Shown: positions 36,102 to 46,271, counted from the stretch's first letter. The stretch: DNA of 64,000 nt from Synergistaceae bacterium UBA5560 (GCA_002425685.1 DIMS01000056.1:16511-80510); one strand, 5' to 3'. Translations and numbers: made by a program. Notes: generated by a model from the sequence alone, not told the origin.

Positions 36102-36116
36102 CGCTCCAAACCTCCT

Positions 36117-36776
36117 CTAGCGGTTCTTTCGAATCCGGGCGATTTCCGCCACCACACGGGCCGCCGCGTCGCGGACGGCCCGCGGATCGTTCTCGCCCCT
36201 GCCCGCCTTGGTGAGGGAGCTTCCCATGCCCACGGCAAAGGCGCCTGCCTTGAACCAGGTTTCCAGGTTCTCCTCCGACACGCCTCCCGTGGGCATCATG
36301 CGGGCGTGTGGCAGAGGGCCGTGGACGGCCTTCACGAACTCGGGGCCGAGGCATTCGCCGGGAAAGACCTTCACCACGTCCACACCGAGTTCCATGGCCC
36401 GGACGAGTTCCGTCACGCTTCCCACGCCGGGCATGTAGGGAACCCCGTAGCGGTTGCAGCAGAACGCCACCTCTTCGGAGAGGTTGGGAGAGATGATGTA
36501 CCGGGCTCCCGCGAGAATGCACGCCCGGGCCGTCGGGGCGTCGAGGACCGTTCCCGCGCCGAGGATCAGCGAGGAGCCCCGGTGGTGCCCGGCGAGAAAG
36601 GCCATGAGTTCCAGCGCTCCCGGAACGGTCATGGCGACTTCGATGGCGGGAATGCCGCCTTCGTAGACGGCATTGGCCACTCCGAGCCCCTTTTCCTTGT
36701 CGCTGGCCCGAATGACTGCCACGACTCCCTTTTCATGGATCGCGTCGAGGATCTGGTACTTGGCGATGGGCAACAT
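36117..36776 (-). CDS. eda: 2-dehydro-3-deoxyphosphogluconate (KDPG) / KHG aldolase
   Basis: 219 aa with Eda-family sequence (GIPAIEV, VKVFPG). Confidence 0.85.
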   Translation of the reverse strand: MLPIAKYQILDAIHEKGVVAVIRASDKEKGLGVANAVYEGGIPAIEVAMTVPGALELMAFLAGHHRGSSLILGAGTVLDAPTARACILAGARYIISPNLSEEVAFCCNRYGVPYMPGVGSVTELVRAMELGVDVVKVFPGECLGPEFVKAVHGPLPHARMMPTGGVSEENLETWFKAGAFAVGMGSSLTKAGRGENDPRAVRDAAARVVAEIARIRKNR

Positions 36777-36813
36777 GTGAAATCCCTCCGAGTGAAATGT
36801 GACGTGATGGTCT

Positions 36814-37605
36814 TCACGGATACGACGGCGGCACGCCGTCGTATCCCAACAGTTTCGAAATCGCCAGAGCCGCTTCGAGGACCTTCTCCCCCAGAGGGCG
36901 AAGCTGGTCGTCGGCGAAGCGATAGGCCGGAGCGGAGATGCTCAACGCTCCCACGGGGTAGCCCTTGGCGTTCAGGATGGCCGACCCGACGCAACGGATC
37001 CCCTCCTCGTTCTCCTGGTTTTCCTCCGCCCATCCCCGTTCCCGAACGGTGCCGAGCATGGCGAGGAGTTCCTTGGGGGTTGTGAGGGTCCGTTCCGTGC
37101 GGGAGACGATCGAAACGGAGCGAAGATAGAGGTCCAGTTCGGCCTGGGGAAGGCTCGCCAGAATGGCCCTTCCCGCGGCGGTGCAGTACATGGCGAGGGT
37201 TGCGCCGATGCGGGAGCGCATACCCACGGGATGGGAGGATTCGAGCTTGTCCAGGTAGAACGTCTCTCCGTTCTGAAACCGGGAGAGATGGATCGTCTCC
37301 CCCACTTCCTGGAGGAGGTTCTTCAGGACGGGTTTTGCCAGGGTGACCAGGTCGGTCTGACGCCGATAGGTCTCGGCCCACAAAAGCGGTGCCGATCCCA
37401 TCCGGTAGCGGCCGTTCTCCGTTCGGAGCACCACCCGGTGCGCTTCGAGGGTGACGAGGAGCCGGTGCACCGTCGCCTTTGAAAGGGCCACGGTGGAGGC
37501 GATCTCCGTGACGCCCGCGTCCTCGCGGAAGTCCACCAGAGCGTTGAGAACGGCCAGGGCGCGGTCGAGAACCCTGATGTTCGAGGAGTCCGTGGCGCCG
37601 GTCAT
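36814..37605 (-). CDS. kdgR: IclR-family transcriptional regulator (KdgR-like)
   Basis: 263 aa. IclR HTH plus effector domain. The start overlaps the HpcH aldolase stop (ATGA). Matching KdgR boxes lie upstream of the operon. Confidence 0.75.
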   Translation of the reverse strand: MTGATDSSNIRVLDRALAVLNALVDFREDAGVTEIASTVALSKATVHRLLVTLEAHRVVLRTENGRYRMGSAPLLWAETYRRQTDLVTLAKPVLKNLLQEVGETIHLSRFQNGETFYLDKLESSHPVGMRSRIGATLAMYCTAAGRAILASLPQAELDLYLRSVSIVSRTERTLTTPKELLAMLGTVRERGWAEENQENEEGIRCVGSAILNAKGYPVGALSISAPAYRFADDQLRPLGEKVLEAALAISKLLGYDGVPPSYP

Positions 37606-38369
37606 GCCCTGTTTCCGCGCATGATCCGCAGCGCGGTGCGGCAGGCGTCTCCGAAGATCAGGCCGTCCACGCTCCAGGCGATGTAGAGGAAGCCTTCATC
37701 GAGGCGGCGCAGCGCTTCCTCGGGAGAGGTGACGAAGATTCCCGTGGGCTTCCCCGCATTGCGGGCCACGGAAAGTACCTGGGCGATGGCGCTTTTCATG
37801 TCCGGATGGTCGATCTGACCGGGGATGCCCAGGGATTGGGAGAGGTCGTAGGGGCCTACGAAGAGCACGTCCACGCCCTCCACGGCGGCGATCTCCGGGA
37901 GCGCCTTCAGGCCGAGCACGTTTTCGCAGTGGGTCACGATGAGGGTTTCCCGGTTGGCTTCCTCGAAGGCGCGGCCCAAGGGCATGAGGCCGTAGGAGGA
38001 GGATCGGGGAAGCGCCACGCCCCTGTTGCCGAGGGGAAAATACTTGGCTCCCCGAACGATGCGCGCCGCCTGTTCGGCGCTGTTCACCTGAGGGAGCTGG
38101 ATTCCCTGGGCTCCCACGTCAAGGGTTTTGAGAATCCAGGTGTCGCTCGTCTCGGGAATGCGTACCACCGGCGTGGCTCCCCGCAGTTCTGCCCCCCGCA
38201 GGAGATTCTGAAGGGACTCCGGGTCCATCGGGCCGTGTTCCGCGTCGATGATGACGAAATCAAACCCGGCGATGCCCGCGATCTCCACAAGGTCCGGAGA
38301 GTTCAGCGTGATGAAGGTTCCCATGACGGGTTTTCCCGCGGCGAGCATTTCCTTGATCCTGTTCTTCAT
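37602..38369 (-). CDS. HpcH/HpaI-family 2-keto-3-deoxy acid aldolase
   Basis: 255 aa. HpcH/HpaI aldolase/citrate-lyase-family sequence (DFVIIDAEHGP, VDVLFVGPYDLS). Confidence 0.8.
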   Translation of the reverse strand: MKNRIKEMLAAGKPVMGTFITLNSPDLVEIAGIAGFDFVIIDAEHGPMDPESLQNLLRGAELRGATPVVRIPETSDTWILKTLDVGAQGIQLPQVNSAEQAARIVRGAKYFPLGNRGVALPRSSSYGLMPLGRAFEEANRETLIVTHCENVLGLKALPEIAAVEGVDVLFVGPYDLSQSLGIPGQIDHPDMKSAIAQVLSVARNAGKPTGIFVTSPEEALRRLDEGFLYIAWSVDGLIFGDACRTALRIMRGNRA

Positions 38370-38435
38370 GATCGTTCCCGCCTCCTCTTTGTTGTGCCTT
38401 CGGGTACTTCAGCGTGGCTTCCATGAAGATCCTGC

Positions 38436-38453
38436 GTTTCATTCAACGGGACA
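38436..38453. promoter_or_regulatory. KdgR-box-like operator copy 1 (GTTTCATTCAACGGGACA), overlapping the TSS region of the HpcH-kdgR-eda-kdgK operon
   Basis: It resembles the KdgR box TGAAACA-N-TGTTTCA. It lies just downstream of the predicted minus-strand promoter. Confidence 0.45.
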
Positions 38454-38474
38454 GCATCTTGCTCTATAGAACAT

Positions 38475-38503
38475 AGTATACGTGACGGCGGGCGGTTTGT
38501 CGA
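38475..38503 (-). promoter_or_regulatory. Sigma70-type promoter TCGACA-17-TATACT for the HpcH aldolase operon
   Basis: Minus strand: aTCGACAaaccgcccgccgtcacgTATACTatg. Confidence 0.45.
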
Positions 38504-38518
38504 TATTTTTAAAACAAT

Positions 38519-38537
38519 GTTTCATTCAATGGAACAC
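38519..38537. promoter_or_regulatory. KdgR-box-like operator copy 2 (TGTTTCATTCAATGGAACA)
   Basis: Second copy of the same motif as copy 1, 84 bp away and upstream of the -35 element. It forms the inverted repeat TGTTTCA-N5-TGGAACA. Confidence 0.45.
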
Positions 38538-38962
38538 AGGGGCCGAGCGTTTTTTCGTCCATGTGCCGGTGCGGGACAGGTGTGGTTCTATAACGACGAG
38601 TTTTGTGTACTCGCGATCTTCCGTTGTTTCCGGAGACACCGTTCCCATTTCCATGAAAGGAGGCCCGACGCACGCGGTTCTTCCCGGGAAAAATCAATTC
38701 GATTCAGTTGTGCCATGCCCTGGACGAGGGGGCTTTTCGGCACGCGACGCGGGACAGACAGGGAGAAGCGAGTTCCGATATGAACCGGGAAGGTGTGCAA
38801 TGATCCATCTTGACAGAAGTGGGGATCCTCGTGTAAGAAAAGACAATCGTGATGTATCCACTTATGGATCCAAAAAACGGAGTGTTCCGGATGGAAGGAT
38901 GGATTCGTGACAGGGCCACGGTCGCGAACGTCTCGAGCCATCCAGGAGGAGAAGGAGAAAAC

Positions 38963-39634
38963 ATGCCGAGAGGACGTGTCGAATCGAAAGCCCGGGACGA
39001 GATCTTTCGTCTCATCGTGGAACGTGAACTCGCCCCGGGCACGAGAATCACCGAGGTGTTCCTTGCGGAGAAGCTGGGCATCAGCCGCACCCCCGTTCGC
39101 ATCGCTCTTCGGGAGCTCATCGCCGAAGGGTTGCTGGAGCGGGACAGCACCAGGGGGTGCATCATTCCTCCGCTGGAATCGGAGGACATGCATCACGTCT
39201 TCTCCCTCCGGGAGAAGCTGGAGGGAATGGCTGCGGCGCAGGCTGCGGAGCATGCTTCCCCCGAGGACGTGAAGAGCCTGGAGCGGATCCTCGAGGAAGG
39301 AGCGGAGGACTACACGGGGTGGCGCAGGGAGGCCTTTGCCAGACACAACGAGGAATTTCACCGGCGCATCGCTCGCATGAGCGGCAATGCCTATCTGGAG
39401 AAATACATCGGAGAATGCTTCTGGCGGTCCCAGATCTACGTGTTCTTCTTCGACACTTTTTTCCTCTTCGGTGCCGAAAAGGGAACCCTGGAGGCCACGC
39501 CCTACTATGGGACATCCTTTACGGAACACGGGGACATTCTCGCGGCCATCCGGGAGCGTCGCTGCGAGGATGCAGGGCGGGCCATGGAACGGCATGTGAG
39601 GGCCTCGTACACGTTGCTGGTCAAAAAACCGTGA
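38963..39634 (+). CDS. GntR-family (FadR/FCD subfamily) transcriptional regulator
   Basis: ORF 38849-39634 trimmed to the ATG at 38963 after GGAGGAGAAGGAG. N-terminal HTH (TEVFLAEKLGISRTPVRIALREL) and a C-terminal FCD domain. Confidence 0.8.
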   Translation: MPRGRVESKARDEIFRLIVERELAPGTRITEVFLAEKLGISRTPVRIALRELIAEGLLERDSTRGCIIPPLESEDMHHVFSLREKLEGMAAAQAAEHASPEDVKSLERILEEGAEDYTGWRREAFARHNEEFHRRIARMSGNAYLEKYIGECFWRSQIYVFFFDTFFLFGAEKGTLEATPYYGTSFTEHGDILAAIRERRCEDAGRAMERHVRASYTLLVKKP

Positions 39635-39687
39635 GCGCAAAGGGAGGAGTGGTGCGCGCGCCACGTCCGCCCTTTGCACTTTTCTGG
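39635..39687 (+). terminator. Structured terminator after the GntR gene (GCGCAAAGGG ... CCCTTTGC then ACTTTTCTGG)
   Basis: 8-bp outer stem enclosing a GC-palindromic inner stem, followed by a U tract. Confidence 0.4.
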
Positions 39688-39886
39688 GACAAAGAAGGGG
39701 CGAAGGGCGCATGCAGAACGGACGGTGCGCGTCGCCACTCCTTGCCGCGAAGCCGGGTGGGACCGGCCCGTGGCGCTCGGCGGCACGGCGGAACAGCATG
39801 ATGACATTGCGGGAAGGGACGTTGCGGAAATGGACAGGGGAAACTCCTGAGGGAGACGTTGCCATGAACGAGAAAGGAAGGTTTTC

Positions 39887-40843
39887 ATGAGCGAGCGGGA
39901 ACATCTTGACTTCGACGATTATGGTGAGAAATGGTTCAGCGACGACGCCTCCTTCGAGGAGGACCTGAAGCACGTCTGGGGACGCCGCTGGAGCGTTTCC
40001 TCCGAGGTGGGCAAGCTCCGGGCGGTGCTTCTGCGGCGGCCCGGCAAAGAGATCGAGAACATGACCGATCCCGCGGCCTGGCGTTGGGGTGCCGTCATGG
40101 ACCCGGAAAGGGCGCGGGCGCAACACGACGCCTTTGCCGAGATCTATCGCAAGGCCGGCGCGGAGGTCTTCTACGTGGAGGAACAGCGGGAGGATCGTCC
40201 CAACGCGCTCTTCATGCGGGACAATGTCCTCGGCACCCCCGAGGGGGCCATTCTCTGCCGCCAGGCCACCCGTTTCCGCCGGGGCGAGGAGCGGGCTGTT
40301 GCTGCGACTCTGGGACGCATCGGCTGTCCCATCGTGCGCACCGTCTCCGGCCGGGGCGTTTTCGAGGGCGCCTGCGGCATGTGGGTGGACCGGCAGACCA
40401 TCATCCTCGGAACGGGAGTGCGCTCCAACGAAGAGGGAGTCCGCCAGGTCGAGGAGACCCTCCGGTACATGGGTGTCACGGACATCCTCCGCTTCCAGAT
40501 TCCCTGGGGACACGCCCATCTGGACGGGCTGATGAACATGGTGGACCGAAAGAAGGCCCTGATCTTCCCATGGCAGACCCCCTACGACGTGATCAAGCCC
40601 CTCGTGGATCGGGGTTTCTCCATCATCGAGGCCCCCTCCATCGAGGAAGTGAAGCGGGGCGCGGCGGTGAACCTGGTGGCACTCGAACCCGGCGTGGTGG
40701 TCCTTCCCTCGGGCAATCCCGAGACACGGAAGGCCTTGGAGAAGGGCGGCGTGGAGGTCATCGAGACGGACGTGACGGAGATCCTCAAGGGGTACGGCTC
40801 CCTGCACTGCATGTCCGCCTTCCTGGACCGGGACGAGATCTGA
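39887..40843 (+). CDS. Amidinotransferase-superfamily hydrolase (arginine deiminase / DDAH / CtlX-like)
   Basis: 318 aa. The C-terminal catalytic Cys context GYGSLHCMSAF is typical of the guanidino-group-modifying enzyme fold. RBS GAAAGGAAGG. Confidence 0.65.
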   Translation: MSEREHLDFDDYGEKWFSDDASFEEDLKHVWGRRWSVSSEVGKLRAVLLRRPGKEIENMTDPAAWRWGAVMDPERARAQHDAFAEIYRKAGAEVFYVEEQREDRPNALFMRDNVLGTPEGAILCRQATRFRRGEERAVAATLGRIGCPIVRTVSGRGVFEGACGMWVDRQTIILGTGVRSNEEGVRQVEETLRYMGVTDILRFQIPWGHAHLDGLMNMVDRKKALIFPWQTPYDVIKPLVDRGFSIIEAPSIEEVKRGAAVNLVALEPGVVVLPSGNPETRKALEKGGVEVIETDVTEILKGYGSLHCMSAFLDRDEI

Positions 40844-40962
40844 GGCGACAGGCCGGTGCCGGGGGACTTCCGGAGCGATGGAGGCTCTTCCGGCCCGGTC
40901 CGCGGAAGGACGGAAAGAGGTGCGCAGGTGATGGTGCGCCGCACCTCTTTCCCGGTGGCCTC

Positions 40963-40997
40963 GCTCCCCCGCTTTCTTCGGGGGCGCTTCTTTTGCG
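40963..40997 (+). terminator. Putative intrinsic terminator (CCCCCG-ctttctt-CGGGGG then CGCUUCUUUUG)
   Basis: 6-bp GC stem plus a U-rich tract after the amidinotransferase-like gene. Confidence 0.4.
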
Positions 40998-41061
40998 ATG
41001 CATCTCCGAAAATGACGCCGTTTGTGAATGGCTCCTATCCCATTTCAAGGGGTGAACGCCT

Positions 41062-41943
41062 TTGGGTACTCTTCTGCAGCAGATCATCAACGGCCTGTCG
41101 CTGGGATCGGTGTACGCCCTCATCGCCGTAGGCTACTCCCTGGTGTACTCGATTCTTCTCTTCTCCAACTTCGCCCACGGAAGCTTTCTCGTCATCGGGG
41201 GCTATTCCTGCTACTTCGCCCTGAAGACCCTTGGGATGAACATCTGGCTCGCGGGTGGACTGTCCCTCATCGCCGCGGGAGTGAGCGCCATCCTCACGGA
41301 AAGACTCGCCTACAAACCCATCCGTGAGCGCACCAACGTCACCCTCTACCTTCTCATCGCCTCCATGGGCATGAGCATCGTCATCGAGAACATCTTCGTC
41401 GTCACCGTGGGAGGCCGCTTCCGTGCCCTTCCTCCGGTCATCCCCACCGATCCCGTGAACCTCTTCGGGCTTGCCACCACCAGTGCCTTCGACCTCATCT
41501 CCCTCGTCGTCGCCGTCATCTGCCTCGGAGGCCTCCAGCTCTTCCTCACCCGGACCAAATGGGGGCTCGCCATCCGCGCCGCCGCGTACAACCTGCGCAT
41601 CGCCGGTCTCATGGGCGTCAACGTGAGCCGCCTCATCTCCCTCGTCTTCTTCGTCGCCGGCGTTCTGGCCGCCGTGGGAGGCATCTTCCTCTCCGTACGG
41701 TACACCCTCTATCCCCAGCTCGGCGGCATCACCATCAAAGCCTTCGTCGCCGCCGTCATCGGCGGACTCGGCTCCCTTCCCGGCGCCGTCGTGGGCAGCC
41801 TCATCCTCGGCCTCGCCGAAATGCTCACCGCAGGCTTCATCTCCAGCCAACTCCGGGATCTGGTGGTCTTCTCGCTCCTCGTGATCACCCTCCTCTTCCG
41901 ACCCACGGGCCTCTTCGGCAAATCCGTGGGCGAGAAAATCTAG
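41062..41943 (+). CDS. LivH-type ABC transporter permease (second, orphan system)
   Basis: 293 aa. TTG start after AAGGGGTGA. LivH-family sequence. Confidence 0.8.
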   Translation: MGTLLQQIINGLSLGSVYALIAVGYSLVYSILLFSNFAHGSFLVIGGYSCYFALKTLGMNIWLAGGLSLIAAGVSAILTERLAYKPIRERTNVTLYLLIASMGMSIVIENIFVVTVGGRFRALPPVIPTDPVNLFGLATTSAFDLISLVVAVICLGGLQLFLTRTKWGLAIRAAAYNLRIAGLMGVNVSRLISLVFFVAGVLAAVGGIFLSVRYTLYPQLGGITIKAFVAAVIGGLGSLPGAVVGSLILGLAEMLTAGFISSQLRDLVVFSLLVITLLFRPTGLFGKSVGEKI

Positions 41944-41956
41944 AGGGAGGCAGACC

Positions 41957-42829
41957 ATGTCCGCCTACACCGAAGGCATCATCACCCTGCTCATGATCAA
42001 CGCCATCGCCGCCATGGGCGTGTGCCTCCTCACGGGCTTCACCGGCGTCTTCACCCTCGGGCACGCCGCCTACATGGCCCTCGGCGGCTACGCCACCGCC
42101 ATCCTCACCGTCAAGTACCACCTCCACTGGCTTCCCGCCGTCGTCGCCGGAGGCATCCTCGCCATCGTCGTCGCCTACGTCATCGGCATTCCCACCCTGA
42201 AACTCATGGGCGACTACTACGCCATCGCCTCCATCGGCCTCGGCGAAGCCATCCGGCTCATCCTCGAGAACTGGCAGTCCGTCACCCGGGGCGCCCGGGG
42301 CTACCCCGGCATCCCCACCTTCACCACCATGCCCGTCGCCGTGGGATTTTTTCTCGTCCTCGCCTTCCTGCTCTTCTGTCTCCTCCACGGCAGCTACGGC
42401 CGCATGTTCAAGGCCTGCCGGGACGACCACATCGCCGCCGCCCTTCTGGGCTACGACACCGCCAGAGTGCGCGTCCTGAGCCTCGTTCTCTCCGCCTTTT
42501 ACTGCGGCGTCTCCGGAGGACTCCTCGCGGGCTTCCTCTCCTTCATCCAGCCCGTCATGTTCGACATGCTCAAATCCACCGAGCTCACCGCCGTGGTCGT
42601 CTTCGGCGGCCTCGGCTCCTTAAGCGGATGCCTCCTCGGCACCACCATCATCACCCTCGTGACCGAACTCTTCCGCCCCATCTCCCAGTACCGCATGCTC
42701 ATCTACGGAGCCGTCCTCGTGATCATCATGGTCCTGCGTCCCGAGGGCATCATGGGGCAGTACGAATTCGGCCCGAAACTCTTCCGGAAACTCTTCGGAA
42801 GAAAAGCTCCCGCGCAGGAGAGGAGGTAG
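41957..42829 (+). CDS. LivM-type ABC transporter permease
   Basis: 290-aa polytopic protein of the LivM family. Confidence 0.8.
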   Translation: MSAYTEGIITLLMINAIAAMGVCLLTGFTGVFTLGHAAYMALGGYATAILTVKYHLHWLPAVVAGGILAIVVAYVIGIPTLKLMGDYYAIASIGLGEAIRLILENWQSVTRGARGYPGIPTFTTMPVAVGFFLVLAFLLFCLLHGSYGRMFKACRDDHIAAALLGYDTARVRVLSLVLSAFYCGVSGGLLAGFLSFIQPVMFDMLKSTELTAVVVFGGLGSLSGCLLGTTIITLVTELFRPISQYRMLIYGAVLVIIMVLRPEGIMGQYEFGPKLFRKLFGRKAPAQERR

Positions 42830-42833
42830 CGCC

Positions 42834-43607
42834 ATGGCCTTCGCCCTCGAACTCGGCGGCGTCAACAAATTCTTCGGCGGCGTCCACGCCGTGAACGACA
42901 TGAGCTTCATCCTCCAGGAGGGAGAACTCGCGGGACTCATCGGCCCCAACGGCGCGGGAAAGACCACCATCTTCAACCTCGTCACCGGCGTCTACGACGT
43001 CTCCAGCGGTCACATCACCCTCTTCGGGGAGGACATCACCAACCACAAGACCTACGAAGTGGTGCGCAAGGGCATCGCCCGGACCTTCCAGAACCTGCGC
43101 CTCTTCGCCAGCGCCACCGTCCTGGAAAACGTCATGACCGCCTGCCAGCAGCACCACCGCTACTCCTTCCTCGAAGCCTGCACCCATCTCGGACGCTGGC
43201 GCTCCGTGGAACGGGAGATCCGGGATCGGAGCATGACGCTTCTCGAGCGGGTGGGGCTCGCCGACCGGGCGGACCAGACCGCCACCACCCTTCCCTACGG
43301 GCACCAGCGACGCCTGGAGATCGCCCGGGCCCTCGCCCTGGAACCCCGGCTGCTCCTTCTGGACGAGCCCGCGGCGGGGATGAACCCCGAGGAAGTGCAG
43401 GACCTGAACCGCCTGATCCAGAAGATTCACGCGGACTTCGGCCTCACCATCCTCGTCATCGAGCACCACATGGAGCTCGTCATGGAGATCTGCCCCCACA
43501 TCGTGTGCATGAACTTCGGCGCGCTCATCGCCGAAGGCGATCCCGAGCACATCCAGGGACATCCCGAGGTGCTCAAGGCCTATCTCGGCGAGGAGGTGGA
43601 GGAATAA
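42834..43607 (+). CDS. LivG-type ABC transporter ATP-binding protein
   Basis: 257 aa. Walker [10 protein letters not shown]. Confidence 0.85.
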   Translation: MAFALELGGVNKFFGGVHAVNDMSFILQEGELAGLIGPNGAGKTTIFNLVTGVYDVSSGHITLFGEDITNHKTYEVVRKGIARTFQNLRLFASATVLENVMTACQQHHRYSFLEACTHLGRWRSVEREIRDRSMTLLERVGLADRADQTATTLPYGHQRRLEIARALALEPRLLLLDEPAAGMNPEEVQDLNRLIQKIHADFGLTILVIEHHMELVMEICPHIVCMNFGALIAEGDPEHIQGHPEVLKAYLGEEVEE

Positions 43608-44329
43608 TGGCCCTCCTGGACGTGAAGAATCTCTCCGTGAGCTACGGCGCCATCCGCGCCCTGTCGGACGTGAGCATCGCCGTGGAGGAGCGGGAGATCG
43701 TGAGCGTCATCGGCGCCAACGGGGCGGGCAAGTCCACCCTGATGAACGCCGTCATGGGCATGGTGAAGCGCGACAGGGGCGAGGTCTATCTGGAGGGGAA
43801 GCTCCTGGCGGAGCGGAGTTTCCAGGTTGTCGCCCAGGGCATCGCCCTCTCTCCGGAGGGACGGAAGGTCTTCGCCCCCCTCACGGTGTACGAGAACCTC
43901 CTCATGGGAGCCTTCCCCCGGTCCGACCGGAACAAGATCGCCGAGGACATGGAGTGGGTCTACACGCTCTTTCCCCGGCTTCGGGAGCGCACGGGCCAGT
44001 ACGCGGGAACGCTCTCGGGAGGGGAGCAGCAGATGCTCGCCATCGCCCGGGCGCTCATGGCCCGCCCCCGGGTGCTTCTTCTGGACGAGCCCTCTCTGGG
44101 GCTCGCGCCGATCATCATCAAGGAAATCTTCAAAGAACTCCGGCGCATCAACGAGGAGGGGGTGACGATCCTCCTGGTGGAACAGAACGCCCGCCAGGCA
44201 CTGTTGCTCTCCCACCGGGCCTATGTGCTCCAGACGGGACGGCTGATCCTCTCGGGAACGTCCAAAGAGCTCCTCGCGAATCCAGAGGTGGAGGCGGCCT
44301 ACCTCGGTGGAAAACCCGCAACGCACTGA
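43607..44329 (+). CDS. LivF-type ABC transporter ATP-binding protein
   Basis: ORF 43505-44329 trimmed to the ATG at 43607, which overlaps the upstream stop (TAATG). Walker A GANGAGKST. Confidence 0.85.
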   Translation: MALLDVKNLSVSYGAIRALSDVSIAVEEREIVSVIGANGAGKSTLMNAVMGMVKRDRGEVYLEGKLLAERSFQVVAQGIALSPEGRKVFAPLTVYENLLMGAFPRSDRNKIAEDMEWVYTLFPRLRERTGQYAGTLSGGEQQMLAIARALMARPRVLLLDEPSLGLAPIIIKEIFKELRRINEEGVTILLVEQNARQALLLSHRAYVLQTGRLILSGTSKELLANPEVEAAYLGGKPATH

Positions 44330-44594
44330 AGGAGCCGGAAGAGCGGAGCGCTTCTCTCCGGAGATGACGACGGTTTCCGGTGGAAGCTCCTTCCGGTGGG
44401 CATCCGCAGTGGTACTTCCGCCGAAGAATCGGGGAGGGCGCTCTTAGAGAGGAACGGTGGTCCGGACCGGAGAGCGGATTCGGGAAGACCGTGCTCCCGG
44501 CCAGGAGACGAAGGCCCTTCTTTCCGGAGAGAACGGTACGGACTCGAACGGGCGGCGGGCGTTTTCCGGGAGGCGACGAAAGGAATGAACAGCA

Positions 44595-46019
44595 ATGGAG
44601 CGGATTGAGTGTATTGTCACCGCACCGCACGTTTTCACCATGGCCGGGGAGGGCGTGGGATACCGGCCCGATACAGCTCTCGCGGTGGATGGAGGGCGTA
44701 TCCTCGAGGTAGCGGCCAGAGAAGAGATTTGTACCCGCTATGCGGCCCGCCGCGTTCTGGACGGACGGCATCACGCGCTGTTTCCGGGTTTCCTCGATGT
44801 ACACATGCACATGTCCGCCTGCCTTCTCCGGGGAATGGCCCAGGACGTGGGCAACTGGATGATGCACGGCTTCTTTCCCTTTGCCCTGCATCTCGACGGA
44901 GAGGCATTCCGGGCCGGCACGCGGCTCGCCGTGCTGGAGTCGCTTCGGGTCGGCACGACCACCTTCGGCGAATACGGCATGGAGGCGGATTTCATGGCGT
45001 CCCTGGCGGAGGAGGCGGGTTTCCGAGCCCAGGTGACGGTGCATTTCCGGGAGACCGAGGATCGTGTCTACGCGCCGGAGGAACTCTACGTCTTCGATGA
45101 GGAAAAAGGGTGGGAGGGAGTGGAGCGCTGCCGCGGTGTCTTCGAGCGATGGCACCGCCGCGGGAACGGACGAATCACGGTTCTCTTCGGCCCCCAGGCG
45201 CCCGACGCGATAAGCCTGGAATCGCTGCGGCGGGTCCGGGAACTGGCTCTGGAGTGTGGAACGAAGGTGCATCTCCATCTCGCCCAGGGAGACCGGGAGA
45301 CGAAACAGATGCTGTGGCGTTACGGCAAAAGGCCGATTCCCTGGCTTTTGGAGATGGGCTTCGCGGACGAGCATCTCCTGGCGGTGCACCTCACGGACGC
45401 CACGGAGGAAGAGGCCCGCCTCGTGGCGGAAACGGGGGCCTCTCTGGCGCTCTGTTCCGGCTCCATCGGCATCATCGACGGCATGGTACCTCCCGCGAAG
45501 GCGTTTCAGGACGCGGGAGGATGGGTCGGCCTGGGGAGCGACCAGGCTCCGGGGAACAACTGCCACAATATGCTGAACGAAATGAAGCTCACCGCTCTCT
45601 TCAACAAGATCCGCTACGCCGATCCGGAGGTCATGCCCGCTTGGAAGGTGCTGCGCATGGCCACCATCGAGGGTGCCCGTGCCGTGGGACTCGGCGCGGA
45701 GGTGGGTTCCCTGGAAAAAGGAAAGAGGGCCGATTTCTTTCTGCTGGACCTGAGAAAGCCCACCATGCTTCCCGTGCATGAGGATCCTCTTCGGAACATC
45801 GTTCCCAATCTGGTGTACAGCGCCCGGGGAGACGAGATCTCCCTCGTGGCCGTGGACGGGAACGTGCTCTACGAGGAGGGGCGTTTCCACACCCTCGACG
45901 AGGAGCGGATCGTCGCCGAGGCGATTCGCCTCGCACGTCCCCTTGGCGCCAGGGGAGCCGCTCTGTTCCGCGAACTCCGTGGCCCCAATGCGCGCTCCAT
46001 GGAGGAGGGAAAGCTCTAG
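44595..46019 (+). CDS. Amidohydrolase-superfamily protein (MtaD / SsnA / chlorohydrolase / guanine-deaminase-like)
   Basis: 474 aa. Metal-binding HxH (DVHMHM), with later His/Asp ligands (VHLHLAQG, GLGSDQAP). Confidence 0.75.
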   Translation: MERIECIVTAPHVFTMAGEGVGYRPDTALAVDGGRILEVAAREEICTRYAARRVLDGRHHALFPGFLDVHMHMSACLLRGMAQDVGNWMMHGFFPFALHLDGEAFRAGTRLAVLESLRVGTTTFGEYGMEADFMASLAEEAGFRAQVTVHFRETEDRVYAPEELYVFDEEKGWEGVERCRGVFERWHRRGNGRITVLFGPQAPDAISLESLRRVRELALECGTKVHLHLAQGDRETKQMLWRYGKRPIPWLLEMGFADEHLLAVHLTDATEEEARLVAETGASLALCSGSIGIIDGMVPPAKAFQDAGGWVGLGSDQAPGNNCHNMLNEMKLTALFNKIRYADPEVMPAWKVLRMATIEGARAVGLGAEVGSLEKGKRADFFLLDLRKPTMLPVHEDPLRNIVPNLVYSARGDEISLVAVDGNVLYEEGRFHTLDEERIVAEAIRLARPLGARGAALFRELRGPNARSMEEGKL

Positions 46020-46271
46020 GCATCCGGTTCGCTTTGTCGGGGGACTCGCTTTCCCCCAAGGGAGATGCATCGCTCTCCGGCAACACCTCCGGGTTTGCTC
46101 ACCCCGACGGGGAGGATGCACGCCCATGACATTTCGCCTTGTCTGTTCGATCTGCTCTCGTTTCTTTTCTTCCGAGGCAGATCTCTCCCCGTCCCGCCGG
46201 CGATGTTCCGCCGATCTCGACGCAGTACTCAGGCTTCGGGGAAGTGCTCTCTTCGGAGAGAAGGGATACGG

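Noticed and set aside
40856-41131. 91-aa plus-strand ORF between the amidinotransferase-like gene and the livH-like gene
   Set aside because: It spans two terminator-like hairpins and the livH-like RBS. It has no RBS of its own. Its product is low-complexity. The region is better interpreted as terminator plus promoter.
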